Source: an uncultured Candidatus Bathyarchaeia archaeon (GTDB taxonomy: Archaea; Thermoproteota; Bathyarchaeia; TCS64). Taken from it: a stretch of DNA of 64,000 nucleotides. The translations under genes and the position numbers were made by a program. The notes below the pieces were generated by a model. It worked only from the letters and a program-made list of their open reading frames with translations. It was not told the DNA's origin and did not search any database. The DNA lies in NCBI GenBank assembly GCA_964529745.1, contig CAZGZR010000001.1, positions 5,590-69,589 on the forward strand. Reading direction: 5' to 3'. How positions within the stretch are numbered: position 1 is the first letter of the stretch; every line of letters starts with the position of its first letter. This document shows, in pieces, positions 1 to 8,920 of the stretch.

Positions 1-203
1 CTGGTATCGACCTCGAGGAAGTGGTCGGGTCGCCTGATGCCGAGGTCCTTGAAGAATATCTCGTTGAGCTCGTAATCATAGTTTTGCCCGGTGTGCACAA
101 TCTTGTGGTCGAGGTGCCCGTCCAGCAAGGCCATGACCCGGCTCAGGCGTATTATCTCTGGTCGCGTACCGAGTATCGTAACTACCTTTAAACTGCTATT
201 CAC
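1..203 (-). CDS. UDP-N-acetylglucosamine 2-epimerase (CapG/FnlC/WbjD-like), N-terminal part; gene runs off the window start
   Basis: Minus-strand translation of 1-203 reads MNSSLKVVTILGTRPEIIRLSRVMALLDGHLDHKIVHTGQNYDYELNEIFFKDLGIRRPDHFLEV, a typical non-hydrolysing UDP-GlcNAc 2-epimerase N-terminus. GTG start overlaps the TGA of the upstream gene (GTGA). Self-derived coordinates. Confidence 0.6.
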   Translation of the reverse strand, partial: MNSSLKVVTILGTRPEIIRLSRVMALLDGHLDHKIVHTGQNYDYELNEIFFKDLGIRRPDHFLEVDT

Positions 204-1354
204 GGCGCGGCCTCCAAGATAATGGATCCATCCAACAACTTGGGCTCGTTCACCGGCTCGTAATACGTATCGGGGTCCTCAGGGTTATAGAGCTCACTTG
301 TCCAGAAGAGCATGAACAGCTCCTCTTCCCCGATATTGACTAGGTTATGGGTATGGAGCACCGGTATATCGATGTAGGCGGGGTTCTCCCCATCCAGAAC
401 ATAGTCTTGAACGGTTTCTGTTCCCACCCTTCTCAACTGGACAAGAGCTTGCCCCTTTACTATGCTGAACCTCTCCAGCTTCCTCCGGTGGTAATGGTTG
501 CCTCTTTCGACTCCTGGCTTCGTCGTAGAGAGGAAAGCTTGGCCCTTGTTGAGGGACCTTACAGCCTCGAATAGTCGCCCCCTGTGGTCCTTTTTCATGT
601 TGTGTAGGATCGGGTAGTGGCCTGGCTCGATGTAAGACCGGAAGGTGTTGAATAGATTGAGGTCGAAGGGGTCCGAGAGATCAGGAATGACTTTCTCCTC
701 CATGTACTGTTGCTTGAAGCCTTGGAGTTTGTCTAGTAGGTCGCTCACCTTTATCTCCAGGTTGGGCGGCACCACCATCTCGTCAGACTCCAGCTCATAC
801 ATTATTACCCGTTGGATCTTCTTGAGCACGTCGTCGATGTAAACGAGGCCCATGGTCTGGTCCTCCTTTATCTCTGGCTCCTGGCCATGGGTGAGCTGGT
901 GGCAGAACGTGGCGACCACCGAGTTATAAAAGGGGCTGCAGAAGGGCCCATAGACGTTAGGGATGATAAGACCGGTGAACTTGGCGTCGTTCTCGTGAGC
1001 CCATGCTGAAAATTTTCGTCTAGCGTGGAGCTTGGATCTGCCGTAAGCCGTGTCTCGGCTCTCGTGGATGGAGGAGGAATAGATCAGGTGGGGTGTGGAC
1101 CCTGTCCGTTTTAACGCCGACACGAGTATCTCGGCTAGCTGTACGTTAGTCTCATAGACTTCCTCGTCTGGCCCTCGGTTTGCTCCGGCTAGGTCGACGA
1201 CGGTGTCGCAGCGTTTGAGGTACTCGTCGAGTTCGTAGACATGCTCGAAGAATCTTCTCTGGTACGGGATAAGAGTCACATCTTTGTTGTTCTTCAGGTA
1301 GCTGTGTAGGTGTGATCCGATGAATCCCGACTGACCTGTTATCCCTACTCTCAC
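200..1354 (-). CDS. CapF/WbjC/FnlB-like bifunctional SDR reductase with C-terminal cupin domain (UDP-L-FucNAc pathway)
   Basis: 384 aa. N-terminal Rossmann motif GITGQSGFIGSHL. C-terminal half is cupin-like (HYHRRKLERFSIVKG...). Sits between CapE-like and epimerase genes. Confidence 0.7.
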   Translation of the reverse strand: MRVGITGQSGFIGSHLHSYLKNNKDVTLIPYQRRFFEHVYELDEYLKRCDTVVDLAGANRGPDEEVYETNVQLAEILVSALKRTGSTPHLIYSSSIHESRDTAYGRSKLHARRKFSAWAHENDAKFTGLIIPNVYGPFCSPFYNSVVATFCHQLTHGQEPEIKEDQTMGLVYIDDVLKKIQRVIMYELESDEMVVPPNLEIKVSDLLDKLQGFKQQYMEEKVIPDLSDPFDLNLFNTFRSYIEPGHYPILHNMKKDHRGRLFEAVRSLNKGQAFLSTTKPGVERGNHYHRRKLERFSIVKGQALVQLRRVGTETVQDYVLDGENPAYIDIPVLHTHNLVNIGEEELFMLFWTSELYNPEDPDTYYEPVNEPKLLDGSIILEAAP

Positions 1355-1364
1355 ACATTCACCT

Positions 1365-2444
1365 CTACACTGGCTGGGTTATGACCGGTAGTTGTTCAGA
1401 GGATGACGGCGGCTCGCCTCCCAGGTGCTCCTGCACCTCTCTGCATGACAGCAAGAGGGCTATCGTCTCGTCGAGGGTGAGCCTCCGTGTGTTGCTGGAC
1501 GTGTATCCATCGGCGGGGAGTTCCTCGTACTTCCCGGAGGAGAAAAACTCCTCGTAGTCGAGCCTCCTCAAGTTCCTTATCCTGTAGAACTCTTCGTTGC
1601 TCTCGGCCTTCATGAGCTCCTCTCGGGTCACCAACGTCTCGTGCATCTTCTCGCCCTCTCTGACGCCGATTGTCTTGACGCCCCTGTTGTGGTTGAAGAT
1701 GATGGTCATGGCCTCCGCTAGGGTGCCTATGGTGGCGGCTGGGCTTTTCTTCACCAGCAGGTCTCCGTTCTCACCGTACTCTATGGCGTAGAGTACCAGA
1801 TCGAGGGCCGTGTCAAGGGGAAGAAGGAACCGGGTCATGTCGGGGTTGGTGACTGTGAGCTGAGTGCCTTTTAATATCTGGCTTATGAAGAGGGGAAGCA
1901 CCGAGCCCCTGCTGAACATGACGTTGCCGTACCTGACGCCGCTGTAGACAGTGCCGCCGTTGAGCCTCGCCTTGGCAGTCATGAGCTTCTCCATGAGGGC
2001 CTTGGTCATGCCCATGGCGTTTATAGGGTAGACTGCCTTGTCGGTGCTCAGTATTATGACCTTCTCGGTGCCTGCGTCCTCGGCGGCGTCCAGAACATTA
2101 CTGGAGCCCTGGATGTTGGTCTTGACGGCCTCCATGGGGAAGAACTCGCATGTGGGAACCTGCTTCAGTGCCGCTGCGTGGAACACTATGTCCACACCCC
2201 TCATCACCCGTTTCACGGAGTCTCTGTCGCGTACGTCTCCTATGATGAACTTGACCCTGTCCGTGTTCAGGCGTCTGCGTAGGTCGTACTGTTTCTTCTC
2301 GTCCCGGCTGAAGACGATGATGTCTTTAGGGTGGTAATCTCTCAGGACTCGCTGGACCATGTTGCTGCCGAAAGAGCCGGTGCCCCCAGTGACCAATATG
2401 GTCTTTTCTTCGAGTAAGTCGTCTCTGGTCCTGTATGAATGCAA
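1365..2444 (-). CDS. UDP-N-acetylglucosamine 4,6-dehydratase / 5-epimerase (CapE/WbjB/FnlA/PseB family)
   Basis: 359 aa. Carries TGGTGSFGS and the polysaccharide biosynthesis CapD-type extended SDR signature. Confidence 0.8.
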   Translation of the reverse strand: MHSYRTRDDLLEEKTILVTGGTGSFGSNMVQRVLRDYHPKDIIVFSRDEKKQYDLRRRLNTDRVKFIIGDVRDRDSVKRVMRGVDIVFHAAALKQVPTCEFFPMEAVKTNIQGSSNVLDAAEDAGTEKVIILSTDKAVYPINAMGMTKALMEKLMTAKARLNGGTVYSGVRYGNVMFSRGSVLPLFISQILKGTQLTVTNPDMTRFLLPLDTALDLVLYAIEYGENGDLLVKKSPAATIGTLAEAMTIIFNHNRGVKTIGVREGEKMHETLVTREELMKAESNEEFYRIRNLRRLDYEEFFSSGKYEELPADGYTSSNTRRLTLDETIALLLSCREVQEHLGGEPPSSSEQLPVITQPV

Positions 2445-2808
2445 CTTGGTTGCCCCTATCTGTCTAGGGGTTTCGTGGAACAGTATTCCATATTAGATTG
2501 TATGTGTAGTCAAGCTAGACAACCATCACCTGTTGGTCTGTGAGGCTTCGTCGTAGTTCTTCTTGAGACGCTGTGCCTCCATTGAGATCGATGAAGTACT
2601 CGCCTTCGTCGGCGAGTACTAAGATGGGCTGCTTTTCATTGCTTTTTGGTAGTGGTCTGGGACGTATGAAAAATATCCGTAAAAAGCGTCCAAGGAACGA
2701 TTACTTTTCCCTATTACGTTTGATCTGGGTGATCATTATGCCTTATTCTATAGTTGTATTCGTTATCACTAACAAGTTCTTTTAACCTTTTTTCAACGAA
2801 GCCTAGGC

Positions 2809-4065
2809 ATGCCATACATGGAAACTGATACTGTTTACGATGGCCTAGAGAGATGCAGCCGATGCCTCTTACCAGACAGCTTTCCCGGTATCAGTTTCGA
2901 CGAGGACGGCGTGTGCAACTACTGCCACGATCAGCCACCATTCGAGGAGCTCGGCGAGGAAGCCTTCACCGAGCTGTTGGACCAATACCGGGGCAAGGGC
3001 GACGAGTATGATTGCATTGCCCCGATCAGCGGAGGCAGGGATAGCGCATACGTTTTGCACCAGCTGGTGACCAGGTACGACATGCGGGTGCTGGCGCTAA
3101 CGGTTGACAGTGGGTTCATAACGGATGAGGCTAACAGGAATATAGAGCAGGTTACTGGCAAGCTGAGCGTCGACCACGTCTGGCTAAGAGATGAAGCCCA
3201 GATAAGCGCGGCCAGGCGGAACGCGGAGATAAAGTTCAATGGGTGGCTCAAGGCCCCCTCCATTCACAACATCGTGCCTGTGCTCAACAGCGGCGACAAG
3301 CTCATGAACCTACGGATGTTCAGATACGCTTCGGAACACGGCATCCCCCTTCTACTGGGCGGGAACGTCGTGGGGACAAGCACTTACGAGCACGGCAACG
3401 CTCGGACGGGGTACCTCGGGGTTTTCCCGGACGACCACGGGGTATACTCCCTAGCCGACAAGCTGAGACTCATACTGTATTATGGTTGGGACTTCCTGGC
3501 TAACACGTACAACTGGCAACCCTCCATATTCAAGGAGTACCTCACAGGGGCGGCTGTCTACTTCTTCGACCGAGTCTTCAAGCCAAGCAGCGTGGACCTG
3601 GTGGGGTTCTACGACTATGTTCCCTGGAACGAGGAGAAGATCGTGTCAACGATAACAGGAGAGCTGGGTTGGAGGGGGGCAGACGACACCACGACCACGT
3701 GGCGTATAGACGACTCGGCCTACGCCGTCATCAATTACCTCTACTTCTACCTCGCCGGCATCGACGAGCACGTGGAGCTGTACAGCAAGATGATCAGGGC
3801 AGGCCAGATAACTAGGGAGGAGGCGTACCGTCGATGCCACACCGACTCCCGGCCCAGGATACCCAGCTTAGAGAAAGAGTTCAAGAACCTCGGGGTCACG
3901 GAGATAGAGGTCCATTGCGCACTTGATGAATACCGTCCCGCGTTCATTAGAAAACACCTGAAAGGAACAAGTTTCGAGAGATGCATGTCCTCATACTCGC
4001 CCAGTACTATCCACCAGACCTCGGTGGAAGCAGCACCAGAGCCTATAACGTCGCCCGCGGACTAA
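2809..4065 (+). CDS. N-acetyl sugar amidotransferase (WbuX family, PP-loop ATP pyrophosphatase)
   Basis: 418 aa. N-terminal Cys-x2-Cys...Cys-x2-Cys zinc ribbon. PP-loop SGGRDS. WbuX-family members convert 2-acetamido sugars to acetamidino sugars. 3' end overlaps the next gene by 85 nt in another frame. Confidence 0.65.
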   Translation: MPYMETDTVYDGLERCSRCLLPDSFPGISFDEDGVCNYCHDQPPFEELGEEAFTELLDQYRGKGDEYDCIAPISGGRDSAYVLHQLVTRYDMRVLALTVDSGFITDEANRNIEQVTGKLSVDHVWLRDEAQISAARRNAEIKFNGWLKAPSIHNIVPVLNSGDKLMNLRMFRYASEHGIPLLLGGNVVGTSTYEHGNARTGYLGVFPDDHGVYSLADKLRLILYYGWDFLANTYNWQPSIFKEYLTGAAVYFFDRVFKPSSVDLVGFYDYVPWNEEKIVSTITGELGWRGADDTTTTWRIDDSAYAVINYLYFYLAGIDEHVELYSKMIRAGQITREEAYRRCHTDSRPRIPSLEKEFKNLGVTEIEVHCALDEYRPAFIRKHLKGTSFERCMSSYSPSTIHQTSVEAAPEPITSPAD

Positions 4066-5189
4066 CGCGGAACGGCGTTAAGGCCACCGTGGTCGCTGCA
4101 TTCCCCCACTACCCCCACGGCGTAGTGCCGATGGAGTATCGGTGGAAGCCTTACCGCCGCGAACAGGTGGACGGCGTCGAAGTCATCAGGACCTTCATGC
4201 TACCCATTGAGTCCAAGGGGCTGCTGTACCGGGTCTTCACCTTCGTGACATTCATCCTCAGCAGCCTCATAGGGCTGCTGCTGGTAAAGGACGTGGACGT
4301 AGTCTGGGCCGCCAACCCAGACATCTTCGCCCTGATCCCAGGAACGCTGTATAAGCGGGTGTACCGCTGCCCACTCATCTTCAACGTTGACGACCTTAGC
4401 ATGGAGGACGTGAACAACCTTGGAATAATGGGGAGCGGAACAGTCGCTTACAGGTTAGCGAAAATACTCTCCACAGCTCTTTACAAAGGGATAGATGCCG
4501 TGACTCCCATTAGCCCCGGGTATTTCAACAGCATAGCTAGGTTCGGCGTACCGCGGGACAAGATGTATTTTATCAGAAGCGGAGTAGATCTCGAAGTCTT
4601 TAAGCAGGAAGAGAGAGGGCTAGGAAACAAGTTTACTGTGGCTTATAGTGGCTCCTTCTCTGTCGCATACGACTTCAATCAAATAATCCGGGCGGCTGAG
4701 CTTCTCAAGGACCAAGGAGTCGAGTTCTGGATTCAGGGGAAAGGTGAACAAGGTCTAGGGATAAGAGAAGCTATCCACGAGAGCAGGCTCTCAAACGTAA
4801 TGCTTTTTGACACAATTCTGACGAGGAAGCAGGTCGCGGAGTTCTTGGGAGAAGCCGACTCGTTGATCCTCCCCTTAAAGGATTTCAATGCACCTTATCC
4901 TGGGATCTCATCCAAACTTTACGAGTATCAAGCGCTTGGTAAACCAATCATCTGCTGCTCCGAGGGCCAGTCAGCTGAATATGTTGAGGAGACACGTTCC
5001 GGCGTCGTCGTGAAGCCAGGTGACCACGAAGCTCTGAAAGAGGCCGTGCTTTTTCTCCGTGATAACCCAGAAGAGGCCTCAAAACAAGGTATGTCTGGCA
5101 GAAGATACGTTGAGGAAAACGTGGGTTTTGTACAAATTGGAGTACAGATGATTGAGGTAGTCAACCAAGTAGTTTCTGGAGGAGTGTAG
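3981..5189 (+). CDS. GT4 family glycosyltransferase
   Basis: 402 aa. N-terminus MHVLILAQYYPPDLGGSS and C-terminal E-x7-E region typical of GT-B / GT4. Confidence 0.75.
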   Translation: MHVLILAQYYPPDLGGSSTRAYNVARGLTRNGVKATVVAAFPHYPHGVVPMEYRWKPYRREQVDGVEVIRTFMLPIESKGLLYRVFTFVTFILSSLIGLLLVKDVDVVWAANPDIFALIPGTLYKRVYRCPLIFNVDDLSMEDVNNLGIMGSGTVAYRLAKILSTALYKGIDAVTPISPGYFNSIARFGVPRDKMYFIRSGVDLEVFKQEERGLGNKFTVAYSGSFSVAYDFNQIIRAAELLKDQGVEFWIQGKGEQGLGIREAIHESRLSNVMLFDTILTRKQVAEFLGEADSLILPLKDFNAPYPGISSKLYEYQALGKPIICCSEGQSAEYVEETRSGVVVKPGDHEALKEAVLFLRDNPEEASKQGMSGRRYVEENVGFVQIGVQMIEVVNQVVSGGV

Positions 5190-5190
5190 C

Positions 5191-6345
5191 GTGAAAATCC
5201 TTCAGATCTGCGACAGAATGGATCCTAACTCCTCGGAAGGAAGAAGAGTAATAACTATCTCAAACGAGCTGTCAAAAAGAGGGTATGACGTTACAGTCGC
5301 TTCAGCCATACGAGCCCAGAAAGAGAAACAGAGAGTCGAATCCTGTTTAGAACACGGCGTAGACATTATCTGGCATAAACCGGCGTTCGGATTCAGTAAC
5401 TTCTCATACTCACCAAGCCTCTACCAGAATATATGTGAGAGAGAGTTTGATTTAATCCACGCACACAGTTACAGGCATTACGGGACTTATATAGGAGCCG
5501 TTCTCGGGAAAAAGAATAAAATCCCTTACATTATGAGTCCATACGGTTCCGTAGGCTATGAATCCACTAGATCCCTTAAACCCCTCTATTGGATGCAAGA
5601 CCTCGTCACCAGAAAACTACCGTTAAAACAGGCGGAAAAAATCCTCGCTAACACAAACTATGAAAAAAACCAGATAATCCGAATAGGCGTCGAGGAGAGT
5701 AAAATCGATGTCGTATACCGTGAGGTAAATACCAGCCTATTTACGAACCGGTGCAACAACTCGTATGATCCAAAAACCGTTCTTTTCGTCGGGCGAATAA
5801 CACCAATTAAAGGCATTGAACTCGTTATCAATGCTCTCAATCTTCTAGACAAAGAAATAACTCTAAAAATAATAGGTCAAGTTGAGAACTACGATTATTT
5901 TAAACGCCTTGAAAACTTGGTTAGACATTACAATCTTCAAGATAGAGTAAACTTCCTCGGTTCAGTGACGCATGAAGAACTCCCTGAACACTATTCCTCT
6001 GCCTTAACCTTGGTTCTTTCTTCCCTTTACGAGAATCTGGGAGGAGTCCTCTTAGAAGCACAAGCGTGCGCCTGCCCCGTTATAACCACTGCAACCGGAG
6101 GCACGGCAGAAGTCCTGGAGAATGGGAAAACCGGGTTCTTGTTGTCTTCGAGATCGCCAAAAGAAATTTCTGAAGCGATCAATCTATTGGCCAATGATCT
6201 ATCGCTAAGAGATCGAATGGGGGTAGAGGCCAGAAGGTTCGTAGAATCAAAGTTCTCAGTTGAACAATACATCGATAGAATCATTTGCTCATATGGAAGC
6301 GCGTTAACTCCATCTATCCACAAGAAAGAGTGTGTTTCTTCATGA
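5191..6345 (+). CDS. GT4 family glycosyltransferase
   Basis: 384 aa. Contains LLEAQACACPVITTATGGTAEVLENGKTGFL, a GT4 donor-binding motif. Starts 2 nt after the previous stop. Confidence 0.75.
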   Translation: MKILQICDRMDPNSSEGRRVITISNELSKRGYDVTVASAIRAQKEKQRVESCLEHGVDIIWHKPAFGFSNFSYSPSLYQNICEREFDLIHAHSYRHYGTYIGAVLGKKNKIPYIMSPYGSVGYESTRSLKPLYWMQDLVTRKLPLKQAEKILANTNYEKNQIIRIGVEESKIDVVYREVNTSLFTNRCNNSYDPKTVLFVGRITPIKGIELVINALNLLDKEITLKIIGQVENYDYFKRLENLVRHYNLQDRVNFLGSVTHEELPEHYSSALTLVLSSLYENLGGVLLEAQACACPVITTATGGTAEVLENGKTGFLLSSRSPKEISEAINLLANDLSLRDRMGVEARRFVESKFSVEQYIDRIICSYGSALTPSIHKKECVSS

Positions 6346-7403
6346 ATATCCTATTGTTGACTTTCAAGACAGATCGGGGAAACGCTTTAGCAGATGCATT
6401 GAATAAGATCGGGTATAATGTATCGGTTGATGAAATAGGTAAGAAAAAGTTATCGATAATCAGGAACCTATACCGCGTGGTATTCTCATATTTTAAGCAT
6501 CATGGGAAATATGATTTGGTAATTACCGAATGTTTTGACTATAACGGTATGCTTGCATTATTATTATCATTTTTTGAGGACACTCCCTACATTATATATG
6601 TGAAAGGGTTTTCACCCGATGATGCTAAAGAGAAATCAGGCAAGTTAACAAGGTTTCTTGATGAGAAATTAAACCATATGATATTTTCAAAAGCAAGTGC
6701 CATTGCATATATTAGTAATCACCTGAAACAGAAATACGAAGAGCATTTCGCAAAAAAACAAAAAGACGAATATTTAAGCGTACCATCAAAGGTAATACAT
6801 CATTCCATAGACGAATCATATTTTAAAAATGAGAAACGTAAAAGATCAGGAAACAGAGTGCTTTATGTTGGTAATCTTGATTTTAAAGGGAAAGCCGATG
6901 GGGCTGTTTTCCTATTAAATATGATGAAAAGCCGCGATGAAACTGAAAGTTATTATCTTTCTATAGTTGGCGGAGGCTCATATTTACCATTTATACAAAG
7001 TTTAGCCAAGGAATATGGACTAAGAAACGTGAAATTTCACGGCTATATAACTAAAAAGGAACTTCAAGCACTTTATAGAGACTCTTCTTTGTTTGTATAT
7101 CCATCTTTTCAAGATGCTTTTCCCACAGTAGTTATGGAGGCCCAGGCGATGGGGCTTCCAGCCATAGTTACTGATACATCAGGCGCAAAAGAGGTTATAA
7201 TCGATGGAAAAACAGGCTACGTGGTTGAAGCTGAGCCAGATGTATTTCATCATGCTTTATTCAAGCTCATTGAAAATGATGAGTTACTAAAATCCATGTC
7301 TGAAGCCTCAAAAACACATATAAAAAAGAATTTAACATGGGAAAAATCGGCTGAAAAATTTCATGAACTAATTACATCTTGCATTATGGAATCTAGGAGA
7401 TGA
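6342..7403 (+). CDS. GT4 family glycosyltransferase (AT-rich)
   Basis: Start taken at the ATG of MNILLLTF, which overlaps the upstream TGA (ATGA). Contains VMEAQAMGLPAIVTDTSGAKEVIIDGKTGYVV, a GT4 motif. GC drops sharply here. Confidence 0.7.
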   Translation: MNILLLTFKTDRGNALADALNKIGYNVSVDEIGKKKLSIIRNLYRVVFSYFKHHGKYDLVITECFDYNGMLALLLSFFEDTPYIIYVKGFSPDDAKEKSGKLTRFLDEKLNHMIFSKASAIAYISNHLKQKYEEHFAKKQKDEYLSVPSKVIHHSIDESYFKNEKRKRSGNRVLYVGNLDFKGKADGAVFLLNMMKSRDETESYYLSIVGGGSYLPFIQSLAKEYGLRNVKFHGYITKKELQALYRDSSLFVYPSFQDAFPTVVMEAQAMGLPAIVTDTSGAKEVIIDGKTGYVVEAEPDVFHHALFKLIENDELLKSMSEASKTHIKKNLTWEKSAEKFHELITSCIMESRR

Positions 7404-7407
7404 TGAT

Positions 7408-8091
7408 TTGAGATCACCTTTTTTCATTCTCTTTGATTCCCTATACAGAGAAAATGTATATGTTTTTGATTTTATTCAATTTATTACAAGACAACAATAT
7501 TACAACCCAACGGCAGATCTCTGTATCGATGGCTTTCCTCGTTCTGCCAATTCATTTGCCGTAAATTTAGTCCATACCGCTTGTCCAGATTTAAAAATAA
7601 ATCACCATCTGCATTCACCAGTAATAATTAAGAAAGCAGTTCGTGATGAGATCCCCATCTTTATACTTATTAGGAATCCTGAGGATGCGGTTACATCCGA
7701 GTACATCCGTTTAAAATATTCTGAAGAGAAAAACCCCGATGTTAAGTGGTTAATTAATAGATACGTTAAGTATTATAGTATCGTAAAAGTTTACGTTGAG
7801 GACATTTTTATTGTAACTTTTGAAAAAGTCACTCAAACTCCTGTTGAATACCTGAAACACGTTTTCTCAAAGTTGCGTCTTAATAATGAAAGGGATTATC
7901 TTGAAATTGTTGCTGAAACTAAGCTTATGGGAAAATCAAAAATTACGGAAGATATTATCTATACAACATCGATACCTACCAGAGAAAGAGATGACTATAA
8001 GAAGCATGTAAAAAGAAAAATTATGTCAAAACATGATTTTTCTCAAGCTAATCAAATATACCAAACGATTGCTGAACAGTTATCTCAATAA
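7408..8091 (+). CDS. sulfotransferase-like protein
   Basis: 227 aa. DGFPRSANSF resembles the PAPS 5'-phosphosulfate-binding loop. LIRNPEDAVTSEY matches the 3'-phosphate-binding R-x-P-x-D-x-x-V-S-x-Y motif. AT-rich. Confidence 0.5.
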   Translation: MRSPFFILFDSLYRENVYVFDFIQFITRQQYYNPTADLCIDGFPRSANSFAVNLVHTACPDLKINHHLHSPVIIKKAVRDEIPIFILIRNPEDAVTSEYIRLKYSEEKNPDVKWLINRYVKYYSIVKVYVEDIFIVTFEKVTQTPVEYLKHVFSKLRLNNERDYLEIVAETKLMGKSKITEDIIYTTSIPTRERDDYKKHVKRKIMSKHDFSQANQIYQTIAEQLSQ

Positions 8092-8207
8092 TGTTAGAGT
8101 GTGTGTATCTTTTTCCACTTATTTCATCTTATATTTACAAAATAAATTTTTAAATATACTAGGATAACATGTCGCGATATTTGACACACGTCTTTGAAGG
8201 TGATTAA

Positions 8208-8885
8208 ATGGGGTTCAAAGTTTTTTACGAACAAAAATATTCGACTAGGAGCGAAAAATTAAACCCCATGAAATTAAAGGCCTTGAGCTATTTCCCATCT
8301 CCACCAAGAAAGATTCTAGATGTAGGGTGTGGGTCAGGGCTCCTCACTCAGCTATTAACTGAGAGAGGCTATGATACAATCGGCATAGACATCTCTGAGA
8401 AAGCCATAGAAAAATGTAGGGAAAAAGGGCTATTGAGTTATCAACAAGATCTGAGTGAAGAACTTCTATTTGAGGATGAAACTTTCGATTGTATTTTAAT
8501 GAGCGAGGTAATTGAACATCTAGTGGATCCTTATTTTGCTCTTCATGAGATTCATAGAGTGCTTAAGAAAAAAGGGATTCTTATTATTACTACCCCAAAT
8601 TCGTCTTTCATTACTAGAAGACTTCGTTATGTATTGGGAAAAACAAGCACGGAAACCCAAAATTTTTCGCATCTACGTTTCTTTAATGTAAGACTACTCA
8701 CTAAAATATTGCATGAGGTAAATTACGATATTCTGGATCTTAAAGGATACTTATTCAATCCCTTCAACCTTAACACAGGGTTCACTTTAGATTTTTTAAA
8801 AAATCTTCTATCTGAAAATTTTATAGTAATAACACAAAAAAGGATAGAAGATAAACCGTACAAATATCCCTTAAATAATGTATGA
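8208..8885 (+). CDS. class I SAM-dependent methyltransferase
   Basis: 225 aa. Motif I ILDVGCGSGLLT, acidic residue after beta-2 (DIS), motif II FDCILMSEVIEH. Confidence 0.75.
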   Translation: MGFKVFYEQKYSTRSEKLNPMKLKALSYFPSPPRKILDVGCGSGLLTQLLTERGYDTIGIDISEKAIEKCREKGLLSYQQDLSEELLFEDETFDCILMSEVIEHLVDPYFALHEIHRVLKKKGILIITTPNSSFITRRLRYVLGKTSTETQNFSHLRFFNVRLLTKILHEVNYDILDLKGYLFNPFNLNTGFTLDFLKNLLSENFIVITQKRIEDKPYKYPLNNV

Positions 8886-8920
8886 TTGTATTCTTTTACA
8901 CTAATATTACTGACATAATA

